From a virus, in IMG/VR virus record IMGVR_UViG_3300009149_000027, positions 3,060 through 67,059 of that record: a stretch of 64,000 nucleotides of DNA; one strand, given 5' to 3'. This document shows, piece by piece, positions 18,206 to 27,647 of this stretch; positions within the stretch are counted from its first letter, which is position 1, and the number at the start of each line of letters is the position of its first letter. The notes beneath the pieces are model-generated. The model saw nothing but the letters and a program-made list of their open reading frames with translations, did not search any database and had not been told where the DNA came from. A program made the position numbers and the translations under genes.

Positions 18206-18511
18206 TCACATGAACCAAGAAACAACCCACCCGAAAATAAGGGAAATGGCTGGAACCAGCACCACTTCTGTAATTATCAAAGAAACAGCGTCAACGGTAT
18301 CACCATCGTTTTTAGATGGCCTGGCCTGACGAGTCAAAAAAGAGACTACCATGCAAAAACCAATTGCAGGAACCAAGAATAACGGCTGAACCCCAAAGGT
18401 GGGGACGATAAACCACGACCATAGTTTTACCAGAACAAAACCATTAATCACAGATCCAACAGAAATTACCCCTACACCAGACACGATTAAAATCATTAAC
18501 TTTTTCATCAT
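18206..18511 (-). CDS. membrane protein
   Basis: Several hydrophobic helices; LWSWFIVPTFG. Confidence 0.65.
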   Translation of the reverse strand: MMKKLMILIVSGVGVISVGSVINGFVLVKLWSWFIVPTFGVQPLFLVPAIGFCMVVSFLTRQARPSKNDGDTVDAVSLIITEVVLVPAISLIFGWVVSWFM

Positions 18512-18742
18512 TCCCCCCAAGGTGAACTTTCATAAAAAGGTGTCGGCCATACACTTTCTAATTCGTTGCGAAATTCCCAAAGTTCTTTGTGCGCTTGTTG
18601 CAGAATATTGGTGGTGTCCGTCATTGGTCCGTCCTCCCTTTCCGCAAAACGATAATGCAGGTCAGTACCACAAACAGCCCCATCAGGGCAAGAATAAACA
18701 GCCCCATGCCAATCCAAGCCCAAACAAATCCATAGGCGGGGT

Positions 18743-18970
18743 TCACGATTCCCCCCTCTTCGCAATCTGGTATGCACGAAGAATAACGAAATCCTTATCC
18801 GCTTCCGTCGCCTCGAGGTCGTAGAGGACGGAGGCAGCGGCCTGGGCTATCTGGTCCAGCATTACGTCCTGGGCGGCGATCAGTTCGGCCTGCCGCACAA
18901 TGACGGCCCGCTGGAAATCTCGCCACGCTTTGTCAGCGGCGGGGGCGATAGGGGCGGCTTGCGTTGTCAT
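18743..18970 (-). CDS. hypothetical protein
   Basis: GGGAG RBS. Confidence 0.55.
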   Translation of the reverse strand: MTTQAAPIAPAADKAWRDFQRAVIVRQAELIAAQDVMLDQIAQAAASVLYDLEATEADKDFVILRAYQIAKRGES

Positions 18971-19320
18971 GATGGTATTCTCCCTGTTTTCTCATATTCG
19001 GCAATAATTTGCGCTGCTGCCTCGTCGTCGAATGCGCCGTGTGTCTCTACGTCTGAGAAATAGAATCTGTCCGCTCCACAAGTCGGGCAAATCTCATCCC
19101 CGCCGTGTCCGTCCGATTCCGGGTCAATTTCGGGGCTGTCGGTGTAGGCGTGGCAGCCCGCACAGAACCATAGTTCGCCTCGTTCGGCGGTGGGTGGGTC
19201 CAGTTGACCGAAGAAGCTGGCCACCAGGTTGTCGTAGTACGCCACGCCCTGGCAATCAGCCATCAACTCGGCCAGTTGCTTGGTTTCCTCTTCGGTGAAT
19301 GTGAATGCTATTTTTGCCAT
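18967..19320 (-). CDS. Zn-ribbon hypothetical protein
   Basis: CAGC and CPTCG; GAGGA RBS. Confidence 0.6.
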   Translation of the reverse strand: MAKIAFTFTEEETKQLAELMADCQGVAYYDNLVASFFGQLDPPTAERGELWFCAGCHAYTDSPEIDPESDGHGGDEICPTCGADRFYFSDVETHGAFDDEAAAQIIAEYEKTGRIPS

Positions 19321-19689
19321 ATTGTTTCCTCGCTATGGGATTCGTGTGGTACTACCATTTGCGTAGCGCAAGTTTTCGGGCGTGCACACGGTGGCGCTGG
19401 CAGTGGTTTATGCACTTGCCGAGGGGCTTGCCGTTGCTGCCTTCGTCCTGCGACCAGTATTTCCCCGGCTCTCCACAAATGGCGCAAAATGCCAAAATCG
19501 TCTCCCGGTCAAAACTCAAGTTTTTTGGTGTCATGCGGTGAGTCTTTATCATGATGTCAATCCTCGTCGTGTGATTGGTGGCTGGTGCATCGGTCCGGTT
19601 GCCTCTGCCATGCGTCCAGTGTAGCAGAAAAACACGGCCCGAAGGTTAAGCCTAACCGACGACTTCCATACGTTTACCCTACGCTGCGC

Positions 19690-20079
19690 CTACAGCCCGA
19701 TACGATACAGCCCCAATTTCCTGAGCGTATCCGCCCGCTTCGCCACCTCTTCCTGAAGCACCGGCGACACACCTTCGCCCTCCACGACCAGCACCCCGTC
19801 CCGCTCCACAATGCGAACGCTGAACATTTCGAGGCTGCGAGCGAACCGGCGGACGGCCGCCTTGGCTTCGATGTCCAGCTCGGTCTGCAAATCAGCGTCG
19901 ATAGCAGCGCCGGGGAACGCTTCCTGCACCGTGGCGAGTTCGGACAACGGCGTCACCCAGCGGCGCAAGTCGGGCAGGTAGGTGCGGCTGGGCAGCGCTT
20001 TGGCGGTGGCGTAGTTGGCGGGGATAAAGGGGAAGTCGATCCAGATTTGGTTTTGGAACAGATGGAGGGTGGTGGTCAT
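19690..20079 (-). CDS. hypothetical protein
   Basis: AAGGA RBS; directly downstream of helicase. Confidence 0.65.
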   Translation of the reverse strand: MTTTLHLFQNQIWIDFPFIPANYATAKALPSRTYLPDLRRWVTPLSELATVQEAFPGAAIDADLQTELDIEAKAAVRRFARSLEMFSVRIVERDGVLVVEGEGVSPVLQEEVAKRADTLRKLGLYRIGL

Positions 20080-20094
20080 GAGGTGGGTGTCCTT

Positions 20095-21117
20095 TTATCC
20101 TGATAAATCATGGATCTGAAAACTCTCAGGTTTCATAAACTGCGAAAATGCGCTTGTTGGCCCAAGTGTGTTTTTGTCCACTCGAACGTCAACCAATGGT
20201 GAATATGTCTTTTTGATTTCATCCCACTCTCGGTTAAGCAAAACCACCAAGTTGGCCTTCTCTGTCTTCTCACCGGCGCCACGCACACCGGTTCTGTCTA
20301 CCTTATCCATTCCACCCGTCTTGTTGCTCTTATTCATTTGAGCCAGCATCAACACTGGCGTCTCCGTATTCTCTGCGAAGTTCTTCAAGCGCTCCACGTT
20401 GTCCGCTTCCCGCTGATAAAGGTTGCTCCCATACAGTTTCTTTTGCGTATCGTTGGGTGCTGCCTTCTCCAGATAATCAATAATCACCACGTCGCATTTG
20501 CCGTCTACCTTCAATTGTTTCAACCGGTTTACCGTGCGTTCCATCGACCAACCCGCACTGTGCTGGTAGGTGATTTGCCCATCCCAAGACCTTAATCTTG
20601 CATGAGCTTCAGCTACTCGCTTCTTTTTTGGAGAATCAATCATAGCCTTCAATTCTCGAATAGTCATTCCAGTATGCCGGACATAGCGCCGATCCATCAT
20701 CACCGTATGGCTAAGTTCATAGTGGAAATAAACTACGCTGTTACGTTTGCGTGCCCAATCCTCGGCAATGGTTTCGGCATACAATGTCTTGCCCATACCA
20801 TCTCCGGCAGAGAGAACGGCCAGGAATCCGGCAGGCAGCGGGTCAATCTTGGCGTTCCAAGATGCCCAGGGCCATGTCAGATCCTTGCGAAGATATTCCG
20901 GCGTGTTGGCGTACTCCTCTCGTTTGGCGAGAACCGAATCGTAGAAGTCGAATGTATCCTCCCAGAATAGTAACCCGTCCTTCCCGTCAGGAACCCCGCC
21001 TATCCTGTTGAGTTTATTCTGTAGCCATTCATGCAATTCGTCGGTGCTTTCGCCAGCATAGCACCGGCGCATGAATTCCTGGCCCATTATCAGATATTCA
21101 TCGTTTAATTCGTTCAT
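20095..21117 (-). CDS. DnaB-like replicative helicase
   Basis: Walker A AGDGMGKT, VIIDYL, LAQMN, GAGEKTEKANLVVLL, VDKN. Confidence 0.9.
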   Translation of the reverse strand: MNELNDEYLIMGQEFMRRCYAGESTDELHEWLQNKLNRIGGVPDGKDGLLFWEDTFDFYDSVLAKREEYANTPEYLRKDLTWPWASWNAKIDPLPAGFLAVLSAGDGMGKTLYAETIAEDWARKRNSVVYFHYELSHTVMMDRRYVRHTGMTIRELKAMIDSPKKKRVAEAHARLRSWDGQITYQHSAGWSMERTVNRLKQLKVDGKCDVVIIDYLEKAAPNDTQKKLYGSNLYQREADNVERLKNFAENTETPVLMLAQMNKSNKTGGMDKVDRTGVRGAGEKTEKANLVVLLNREWDEIKKTYSPLVDVRVDKNTLGPTSAFSQFMKPESFQIHDLSG

Positions 21118-21908
21118 AGCACCACCTTCTCCACTTCGCCTGTATATTGATTCAAAACAGTGATCACGTCGCCCGGCTTGTGGCCAGATGCACCGTTCTC
21201 GGAATATCTAGTTTTTCCAGCCGATCTGTTTTCCAATATCTTCAAAACATAGCGGATGGAACGTCCATTGTTGCGTACTGCTTCAGTGATTGCCAGATTC
21301 ACTTCTTCAGCGCCATAGGTATCCACCAAATCATTGATGTCGTCTGCGATAATGGTGGTCAATGTTCCAGGCATGTTTTGTTGCCATAGTCTGTGTACGG
21401 AGGCTCGTGCATTTTTGTCATCACCCTCGTCGTCAGATGATGATGATTTGAATGATGGTTCAATTGATGGTTCTATAGTCCCCCCTACTAAGTGCCCCCC
21501 TATGGGGGGTACTAAGTCCCCCTGTATGGGGGGTACTAAGTGGGAGGGGTGCAATAAGTTGGGGGTAGCCTTTTCATGTATTTTTGCAGTATTGAGAGTG
21601 ATGATATTGCTGGTCTGCTTTCCGTTTGGAGAGAATCTTTCCTCAGTGGACAGCCAGCCGTTGGCCCTAAGTGTTCCCATCAAACTGCGCACGTAATCAG
21701 TCGTCAAGTTGGAACGCTCTGCAATGGTCTTGTTTGACGGCCAGCACACTCCTTCATCATTTGCCATGTCAGCCAGGGCAAGCAAAACCATTTTCAGCGT
21801 TCGTAGTTTGTTCTGCTGGTCAACTTCTTTGTTCCCCTTGGTGACAATAGTTTTCCCTCTCGCCAATTCTGGATGCTCCCATATTTTTGACATCAGCTTA
21901 ATGCTCAT
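21114..21908 (-). CDS. replisome organiser (HTH + DnaD-like domain)
   Basis: VLLALADMANDEGVCWPS..TIA; AITEAVRNNGRSIRYVLKILEN. Confidence 0.85.
   Translation of the reverse strand: MSIKLMSKIWEHPELARGKTIVTKGNKEVDQQNKLRTLKMVLLALADMANDEGVCWPSNKTIAERSNLTTDYVRSLMGTLRANGWLSTEERFSPNGKQTSNIITLNTAKIHEKATPNLLHPSHLVPPIQGDLVPPIGGHLVGGTIEPSIEPSFKSSSSDDEGDDKNARASVHRLWQQNMPGTLTTIIADDINDLVDTYGAEEVNLAITEAVRNNGRSIRYVLKILENRSAGKTRYSENGASGHKPGDVITVLNQYTGEVEKVVL
21481..21545. repeat. iteron-like repeats in replisome organiser gene
   Basis: TATGGGGGGTACTAAGT at 21501 and 21525; partial TACTAAGT at 21486. Confidence 0.75.
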
Positions 21909-22771
21909 AACGCACTCCCCTGCCAGCCGAAGTCCTTGGCCAGCTTGAACACAGTTCCCAGGGACACGGTCCCGGCCCCATTTCCGTTGCGGTTAAAACT
22001 TCTCCACTTTCTCGTTACTTCGTTTGGTGTTCCTTGCGCCCAGGATTCAGCCAAGGCCAGGCCATTGTCGCCATACTCAGAATGAATGCCCATGAGAACG
22101 GCCACCCACTGATCGTATTCTATGCCCATCGCCGGGATGTATTTTAATGCTGTCGCCACACGCTCCTGGTCGGTAGGTGCGGTAAAATTTCTGTTCTCGT
22201 GCTTACGTTTCGTCCCGGCCCCGGTTGCCTTGTATCGGCCAATCAAATCCTTCACCACGGTTAGCGGCAACTTCTGGTCGATATATTCCACCTCGCAGGA
22301 CACTGAGCCATAAAAGAAACGAACAGCGTCTTTGCATTGACGGTCAGCATTGCCGAACAGCCAAAGCAGAGCAGAGACGGCCAGGGTATAATTTTGCGCT
22401 TGATGAATGGGTGCGTCGAGAAGAAACAAAACACGGGCGCGGGGAGCTTCAGGCGTGTGGCTGGGGGTGGTGTAGATGACATTGGCATATCGCTGAATAA
22501 ATTTGTCTGAGGATAGATGGGCCAATGTACTGCGTTTGTCTTCGGTGTCGAAGTCCATACCCACGTGCATCCCCAGTTGATAATTTTTAGAATGCCGCCA
22601 ATGATCTTTATGCCATGTGGTGAATGGATGCCCCTGGTAAATCAAGTTGATTATATCAATGGCTTCCAGGTCCATGTTGTTAAAACTAGCATTGAATTCA
22701 CTCCAAAGTGGGGAACCGGGGGGGATTTTTTCACTTAACGCCATGCGTGAGAATGCGATTTTGGTGGTCAT
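21905..22771 (-). CDS. primase-like protein with PriCT-2 domain
   Basis: DFD, YTTPSH, D..CKD..R.FYG; C-terminal YDQWVAV.MG....KWRSF..GTVFKLAK..GW. Confidence 0.8.
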   Translation of the reverse strand: MTTKIAFSRMALSEKIPPGSPLWSEFNASFNNMDLEAIDIINLIYQGHPFTTWHKDHWRHSKNYQLGMHVGMDFDTEDKRSTLAHLSSDKFIQRYANVIYTTPSHTPEAPRARVLFLLDAPIHQAQNYTLAVSALLWLFGNADRQCKDAVRFFYGSVSCEVEYIDQKLPLTVVKDLIGRYKATGAGTKRKHENRNFTAPTDQERVATALKYIPAMGIEYDQWVAVLMGIHSEYGDNGLALAESWAQGTPNEVTRKWRSFNRNGNGAGTVSLGTVFKLAKDFGWQGSAL

Positions 22772-23062
22772 CGTGCCACCGCCCGGCATTGTCGAATCAC
22801 GTCGCTTGCCTCTTTGCGTGTGTTCTTAATGGCAAGGATGCGATAGCCGTTGAATGGCTTGCGCTTATACTCGGCCAAGGTTTCGAGGTGATAAGCGCCC
22901 TGGTCTGGACTGTAGAGTGCTACCCATTTTTCATTCATCGTATATTCCTTTCCAGTTTAGATAGTTGCGCCCGGAGCCGTCTCAGCTTGGCGGGGTCGGT
23001 GGCAGCGTCAATCAACTTGTGCAAAGCATCTATGCGTAGGGAGAGCCAGCGTGGTGGAGTCT

Positions 23063-23383
23063 TCATCGTATCACCTTCTCAACCATTTCATCCAGCCGCT
23101 CATTAAGCAACCTGCGTCTACGTGCGACGGCATCGGAGACTTCAGCGGGCGTTGCCTTGCGCCAGTTCTGGATACCAGAAATACCGGCTCTCCCTGGTTC
23201 GATTCGTAGCAGGTCAGGTTCGTTGTTGCCTAGATTCCTGGCGAACATTATCCGAATGTGAACCCGTCCGGTCGTGGCAGATTCCAGAATATCCGCAACG
23301 TGCCCAGCCTCCCCGGAGCCAGTGACGATCCAATCGCCCACGGTCCAGTCTCGGTCAAGGTCAGCGAAATCAGCGTGAGCCAT
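23063..23383 (-). CDS. hypothetical protein
   Basis: GGAGG RBS before MAHADF. Confidence 0.6.
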   Translation of the reverse strand: MAHADFADLDRDWTVGDWIVTGSGEAGHVADILESATTGRVHIRIMFARNLGNNEPDLLRIEPGRAGISGIQNWRKATPAEVSDAVARRRRLLNERLDEMVEKVIR

Positions 23384-23597
23384 CTGGTGCCTCCCCGTAG
23401 GTGATGACATGCTCCACGTAGTCCATGACCTCTGCACTGGATTCAAGCTTGGGTCGGACACCGAATCGGCCAAGTGCTTATACGAACAGGTAGTGCGAAC
23501 CGTACGCAGAAGCGCCGTACTCTCTGCGGGTTTCAATGAACTCTTCGTAAATCTTGCGCAGTTCATCGACTTCTCTTTCGTCAAATTTTACTTTCAT
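23371..23597 (-). pseudogene. small ORF with in-frame TAA
   Basis: MKVKFDERE...YLFV* then the frame stays open to a TGA overlapping the next gene's start. Confidence 0.45.
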
Positions 23598-23652
23598 GGT
23601 GATTTCCTTCTGAGGAAAAACAAAACGCCTTTTGAGAAAAAGGGGTGGGCGT

Positions 23653-24117
23653 TTAGATGTGCGTCCAGGATTCTTCGTTTACAGCACGATAAACAGTGCT
23701 TTTGGATATGCCGTACTTTTCAATCAGATTTATCACAGTCATGCCATTTTTTCGGTCTTCCCGCATATTTAATACTTCCTCGTCTGTAAGTTTTGATTTA
23801 CCGTGGTCTTCCCCCCTGGGGGAATTGTTGCGCCCTTTGTGTGTTTTGTCGTCCGCGTTGACTTGGTTGTCGCCAAGGAATAGGTGTTTTGGATTCACGC
23901 ACGCTGGTACGTCGCACTCATGAAGGACAAGTAGCCCATTTGGGATTGGACCATTGTGTAATTCCCAGGAGAAACGGTGGGCGTATGTCGTTTTTTTGTC
24001 TACTTGCAACTTTCCATATCCGTCTGAACTGGTAGAGGCTGTCCACAGCCAGCATCCTCTAGGACAATTCTTGTTGACTTTCTCCCAAAAATCTTGTTCT
24101 GTTTTCTTCCTTGTCAT
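23653..24117 (-). CDS. HNH homing endonuclease with C-terminal HTH
   Basis: FWEKV..CWLW..GYG..AHR..VLHECD...CVNPKHL..N..GE.HG.SKLT. Confidence 0.9.
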   Translation of the reverse strand: MTRKKTEQDFWEKVNKNCPRGCWLWTASTSSDGYGKLQVDKKTTYAHRFSWELHNGPIPNGLLVLHECDVPACVNPKHLFLGDNQVNADDKTHKGRNNSPRGEDHGKSKLTDEEVLNMREDRKNGMTVINLIEKYGISKSTVYRAVNEESWTHI

Positions 24118-24341
24118 GGTGTACCCCTTCGGATGGAATAGAAAACGCCTATTCTGAATTATGCTCAGGACAGCAAAGATCTGCTGACCAGGGAAGCATA
24201 CAGACAATGGGTTTGTCCGTTTGCTGTCCTGAGCATACGCCAGAATAGGCGTTAGCTTTATCCATCCCTGGTCAAGGGATTGTGTGCGATGACGGTTCCC
24301 AGGCCAGTCATCGGTCGGCGCCTTGTGTTGCGCCTGAGAAA

Positions 24342-24370
24342 ATTGTATCACGAGCCGGGGGATTTGTCAA
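24342..24370 (-). promoter_or_regulatory. sigma70-type promoter upstream of HNH leader
   Basis: TTGACA-17-TACAAT. Confidence 0.7.
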
Positions 24371-24393
24371 CCAACTCGCCCGGCCCCCACATA

Positions 24394-25203
24394 TCAAAAC
24401 GGGATCTCCACATCGGCGTCAGCTAGGTTAAACTCGCCCGGATCTGTCAGGTCGATGGGCAGCGGTGGCATGATGTCATAGCCGATCACCTCAATGTCCA
24501 TTTCGGTGTGTGGCGGGAAGTCCCATTGTCCCGTCTCAGGAAAGGACATTTGCCCCTCTTGCGCCGAAAGGTTCGACACTTTGAAATTGACGACGATGGC
24601 GTTGGCGGGCGGGTCGATCTCTACTTGTTCCATGTAGCACCAAAGTTCGCCGTTATCGTAGATTTCTCGAACCCACTCAAACTCTACCCCGTGGATGCTC
24701 CCGATCCCGGTTTCTTCCCTGCCACTGAGTTCGCCATTGAGTTCGCCATTGTCCAGGATGGCCCATGCATCGAACCATGCTTCCGCTTCCGGCTGGGCCA
24801 CACTTTGCCGAGCCGCACAAGCTAGAACGTCCAGGGCGTCCAAGGCGAGGTCTTCCGGCACGATACCTAGCTCGTCGCCGCCCGCTATGAACGCCTCAAT
24901 TGCGCCGACCGCACTTTCGATGTGGGCGGCCTTGATGTGGTCGAATGAGACATTGTGCCCCGCCGATGTGGTCGCCGCTTCCGGCTGGTGCGCTTGGAGG
25001 CGGGTGTTCCAGCGTAGCATCACCTGATTCATTAGCAGATAAGAAACGTCCTCGCCCCGACATGTCAGCGTCATCTTTGCCGGGCAGCCATTGCACAGGA
25101 TAGAAACCTCATTCCGCCCGGTTTCCATGATGGTGGCTTCGGAGCCGCAAAACGGACACGGCTTGATTTCGGTTTGGTCAAATGTCTCTTTGTCGCTAGT
25201 CAT
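24394..25203 (-). CDS. protein with Lar-like (restriction alleviation) N-terminal Zn domain
   Basis: IKPCPFCGSEA..CNGCPA..WNTR. Confidence 0.7.
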   Translation of the reverse strand: MTSDKETFDQTEIKPCPFCGSEATIMETGRNEVSILCNGCPAKMTLTCRGEDVSYLLMNQVMLRWNTRLQAHQPEAATTSAGHNVSFDHIKAAHIESAVGAIEAFIAGGDELGIVPEDLALDALDVLACAARQSVAQPEAEAWFDAWAILDNGELNGELSGREETGIGSIHGVEFEWVREIYDNGELWCYMEQVEIDPPANAIVVNFKVSNLSAQEGQMSFPETGQWDFPPHTEMDIEVIGYDIMPPLPIDLTDPGEFNLADADVEIPF

Positions 25204-25436
25204 TTTGTCACCTTTTCCATTTCTTCAATGCGGGCGAGGAGGTCGGCAGCCTCAGTGAGCGCCCGCCCGATGTCGTCAAGCGTAGCCGTGTGATACGTGA
25301 CGCAGAATTGCAAAAGGCGTATAACCTCCGCCGCCTCTGCCCACGTCGGCGGCAGCGGTGCGGGTGGTGCATTCAAGATTGCATCAACAGCCGCTTTGCG
25401 GGCGGCTGCCCGTTCGTCAAGTGATAGTTTTTTCAT
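25200..25436 (-). CDS. hypothetical protein
   Basis: GGAG RBS, ATGA overlap. Confidence 0.55.
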   Translation of the reverse strand: MKKLSLDERAAARKAAVDAILNAPPAPLPPTWAEAAEVIRLLQFCVTYHTATLDDIGRALTEAADLLARIEEMEKVTK

Positions 25437-25617
25437 GATCTACTTCTCCATTCCAATTCCATATAGCGGACCAATTCCGAAATAATCTCCACGGTTGCCA
25501 GGGCCATCCAGTCCCACGGATCGCTCTCCATGCAATCCTCTGCCATGCCTTTGATTTCGGCAATGGTGTACGCCTTGCCGTCAATCAGCAGTGTGTCAGC
25601 CTCGAAGTTTGGCGGTA

Positions 25618-25866
25618 TCATCGCTCCACCTCCGCACCGTTGGCCGGGGTCGTGGTTGATGGTAGACATTCTAGCACGTCATCAGGCATGACCCCCAGGG
25701 CTTCACAGAACTTGCCCAGCGAGCCGCTGGTGAACGTGTCGCCGCCCAGCCACTTGCTGACCGAGTTGGATGCAACGCCCATGCGCCGGGCTAACTCTGC
25801 CTGGGATTGGATGCCCTGGTCGAGCATCAAGTAATTGATTTTCTTGCGGTCAAATCGGATCTGCAT
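25618..25866 (-). CDS. Cro/XRE-family HTH regulator
   Basis: SQAELARRMGVASNSVSKWL..FCEALGV; first gene after leftward promoter. Confidence 0.85.
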   Translation of the reverse strand: MQIRFDRKKINYLMLDQGIQSQAELARRMGVASNSVSKWLGGDTFTSGSLGKFCEALGVMPDDVLECLPSTTTPANGAEVER

Positions 25867-25913
25867 AATTGGTCCCTTTCGTGTGAATGTCTGCGGTTGT
25901 TACTGCTAAATTC

Positions 25914-25942
25914 AGTATATACCAGTTTCCTACGAATGTCAA
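25914..25942 (-). promoter_or_regulatory. leftward promoter of divergent pair
   Basis: TTGACA-17-TATACT. Confidence 0.8.
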
Positions 25943-25971
25943 GCAGTTTGTGATTATTCGCATATTGGGTA

Positions 25972-26000
25972 TTGACAACGTGTATAAAATAGTGTATACT
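25972..26000 (+). promoter_or_regulatory. rightward promoter of divergent pair
   Basis: TTGACA-17-TATACT. Confidence 0.8.
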
Positions 26001-26039
26001 AAATTTATCAAACAAAAGATGCGGCGCAAGGAGGGCAAG

Positions 26040-26477
26040 ATGATTGACAAGAAAACAGAGAAAAGATTTTGGGCCAAAGTAGACAAAATGGGCAATGGCG
26101 AATGCTGGGAATGGACGGCACAGCGCGATCGCTATGGGTATGGCAGATTTTGGATTGGTAGCCGCAGGGTGCAATCCCCCCGTTTTTCTTGGGAAATTCG
26201 CAATGGGGCTATTCCCGACGGCATGTTTGTCTGTCACTCTTGTGACAATCGGGGATGTGTAAATCCCGATCACTTGTGGATCGGAACGAATCAAGAGAAC
26301 ATGACAGACAAGATGCTGAAGGACAGACATGGAACCGCAAAGCTTACAAACAAGGAAGTTTTGGAAATTCGAGATGCATACCCAGGGCAAACACAGAAGC
26401 AACTTGGCGAGAAGTACAAAGTAGATCACTCAATCATTGGAAAAATTGTACGACGCCAACGATGGACGCACATCTAA
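26040..26477 (+). CDS. HNH homing endonuclease with C-terminal HTH
   Basis: RFWAKVDK..CWEW..GYG..VCHSCDN..CVNPDHL.GT..EN. Confidence 0.9.
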   Translation: MIDKKTEKRFWAKVDKMGNGECWEWTAQRDRYGYGRFWIGSRRVQSPRFSWEIRNGAIPDGMFVCHSCDNRGCVNPDHLWIGTNQENMTDKMLKDRHGTAKLTNKEVLEIRDAYPGQTQKQLGEKYKVDHSIIGKIVRRQRWTHI

Positions 26478-26482
26478 TCCAC

Positions 26483-26780
26483 CCACGCCGGAGCATCCCC
26501 CGCCCCGGCCAACCACAGGAGAGACAGGCAATGCAAGAATACGAATTCTCACAGGGGACAAAGCGGGGGCATGACTACCCGCACAGCCTCAATGTATGGA
26601 TTGACCGGAGGGCTGCGTTGGCCTTGATTACTAGCATGGCCACTCAGCTATCCGCTGACGGCACGCAACGAATTGACATCACAATGGTGGGTGAAATGAT
26701 GACTCAGCCCATGCAGGACGATCCCGCCTAACCCACCACGCCGGAGCATCCCCCGCCCCGGATAAGCCACAGGAGAAACA
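26483..26780 (+). repeat. direct repeat pair flanking a small gene
   Basis: CCACGCCGGAGCATCCCCCGCCCCGG at 26483 and 26736, each followed by CCACAGGAGA(G/A)ACAG. Confidence 0.9.
26531..26731 (+). CDS. hypothetical protein
   Basis: AGGAG RBS within repeat. Confidence 0.6.
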   Translation: MQEYEFSQGTKRGHDYPHSLNVWIDRRAALALITSMATQLSADGTQRIDITMVGEMMTQPMQDDPA

Positions 26781-26784
26781 GACC

Positions 26785-27063
26785 ATGACCACCGCAACGC
26801 AGACCCAGCCCACGCAGACTGAAGACGACGAACTATCCGCCAAAGTCCGCCAGATTCAGGTAGACGCCTTCCGTAGTTTCGAGCAATTCAGTGCGGGACT
26901 TGATTTATACCGCCTCGAATACCACATCGACGCCTGCGCCAATGAGCAGCAGCGCCTGGGCTGGCGAGAAGCTGAGAAGGCCCAGGCCGAGGCCGAGATG
27001 CCGCAGCACGACGAGTTCACTTGGCAGGGTGTATCCTACGCCAGCAACCTGGAGCGCCGATAG
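26785..27063 (+). CDS. hypothetical protein
   Basis: AGGAG RBS within repeat. Confidence 0.65.
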   Translation: MTTATQTQPTQTEDDELSAKVRQIQVDAFRSFEQFSAGLDLYRLEYHIDACANEQQRLGWREAEKAQAEAEMPQHDEFTWQGVSYASNLERR

Positions 27064-27071
27064 GGGGAGCC

Positions 27072-27338
27072 GTGACAGACGTAACGCAGATGTGGAAAGA
27101 TGTACACCAGGAGAGCCGAACCAAGCGGGCGAAGAATCGCCAAAGCGGAGCCGAGCAGTTGACGACGGCCGGGGTTGTGTTTGTTTCCCGCAACATGGGG
27201 GCACACTTGATTGTCGGTAGCGGGGATGACCGAGTGGATTACTGGCCCGGCACGGGGAAATGGAAAGCCGTGGACGGCAAGCAGGGCCGGGGAATCAAGG
27301 GACTTTTGGTGTTTTTGAAGCAGGATGAAAGGGCATAA
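27072..27338 (+). CDS. hypothetical phage protein
   Basis: N.GAHLIV..VDYWPGTGKW..GRGIKGLL pattern. Confidence 0.65.
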   Translation: MTDVTQMWKDVHQESRTKRAKNRQSGAEQLTTAGVVFVSRNMGAHLIVGSGDDRVDYWPGTGKWKAVDGKQGRGIKGLLVFLKQDERA

Positions 27339-27340
27339 CC

Positions 27341-27586
27341 ATGAGTAATTGCCGACACACTCGCATCGTGAACGAATTTCAAAACGTCATGCTGGGCGAT
27401 TCTGGAGTTGTAGACGAGATCCAGTATGCAACATGCCTTGATTGCGGCGCATCGTGGGACACGGATGGCGAGATTGACGAAGCTGACGCCGCTATAGAAT
27501 TGTACCTCGATTCGGCGGATGAAGAGATTGACATTGGCCCGCACTTCGACGCATTTGGCGACAGTGGAAAAGATTGGGAGATTTAA
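27341..27586 (+). CDS. acidic hypothetical protein
   Basis: CLDCG; packed gene run. Confidence 0.55.
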   Translation: MSNCRHTRIVNEFQNVMLGDSGVVDEIQYATCLDCGASWDTDGEIDEADAAIELYLDSADEEIDIGPHFDAFGDSGKDWEI

Positions 27587-27647
27587 CCGCACACCGCACC
27601 CGCTGGTGACTGCCAGCCGGGAACTTTCACAAAGGAGATTGAACACG

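Noticed and set aside
19041-19056. Possible self-target of the TnpB guide (minus strand GTAGAGACAC)
   Set aside because: Only 8 contiguous bases match and the 5' flank CAGAC differs from TTGGC
23478-23480. Stop-codon reassignment
   Set aside because: Single case; TAA, TAG and TGA all end long conserved genes normally
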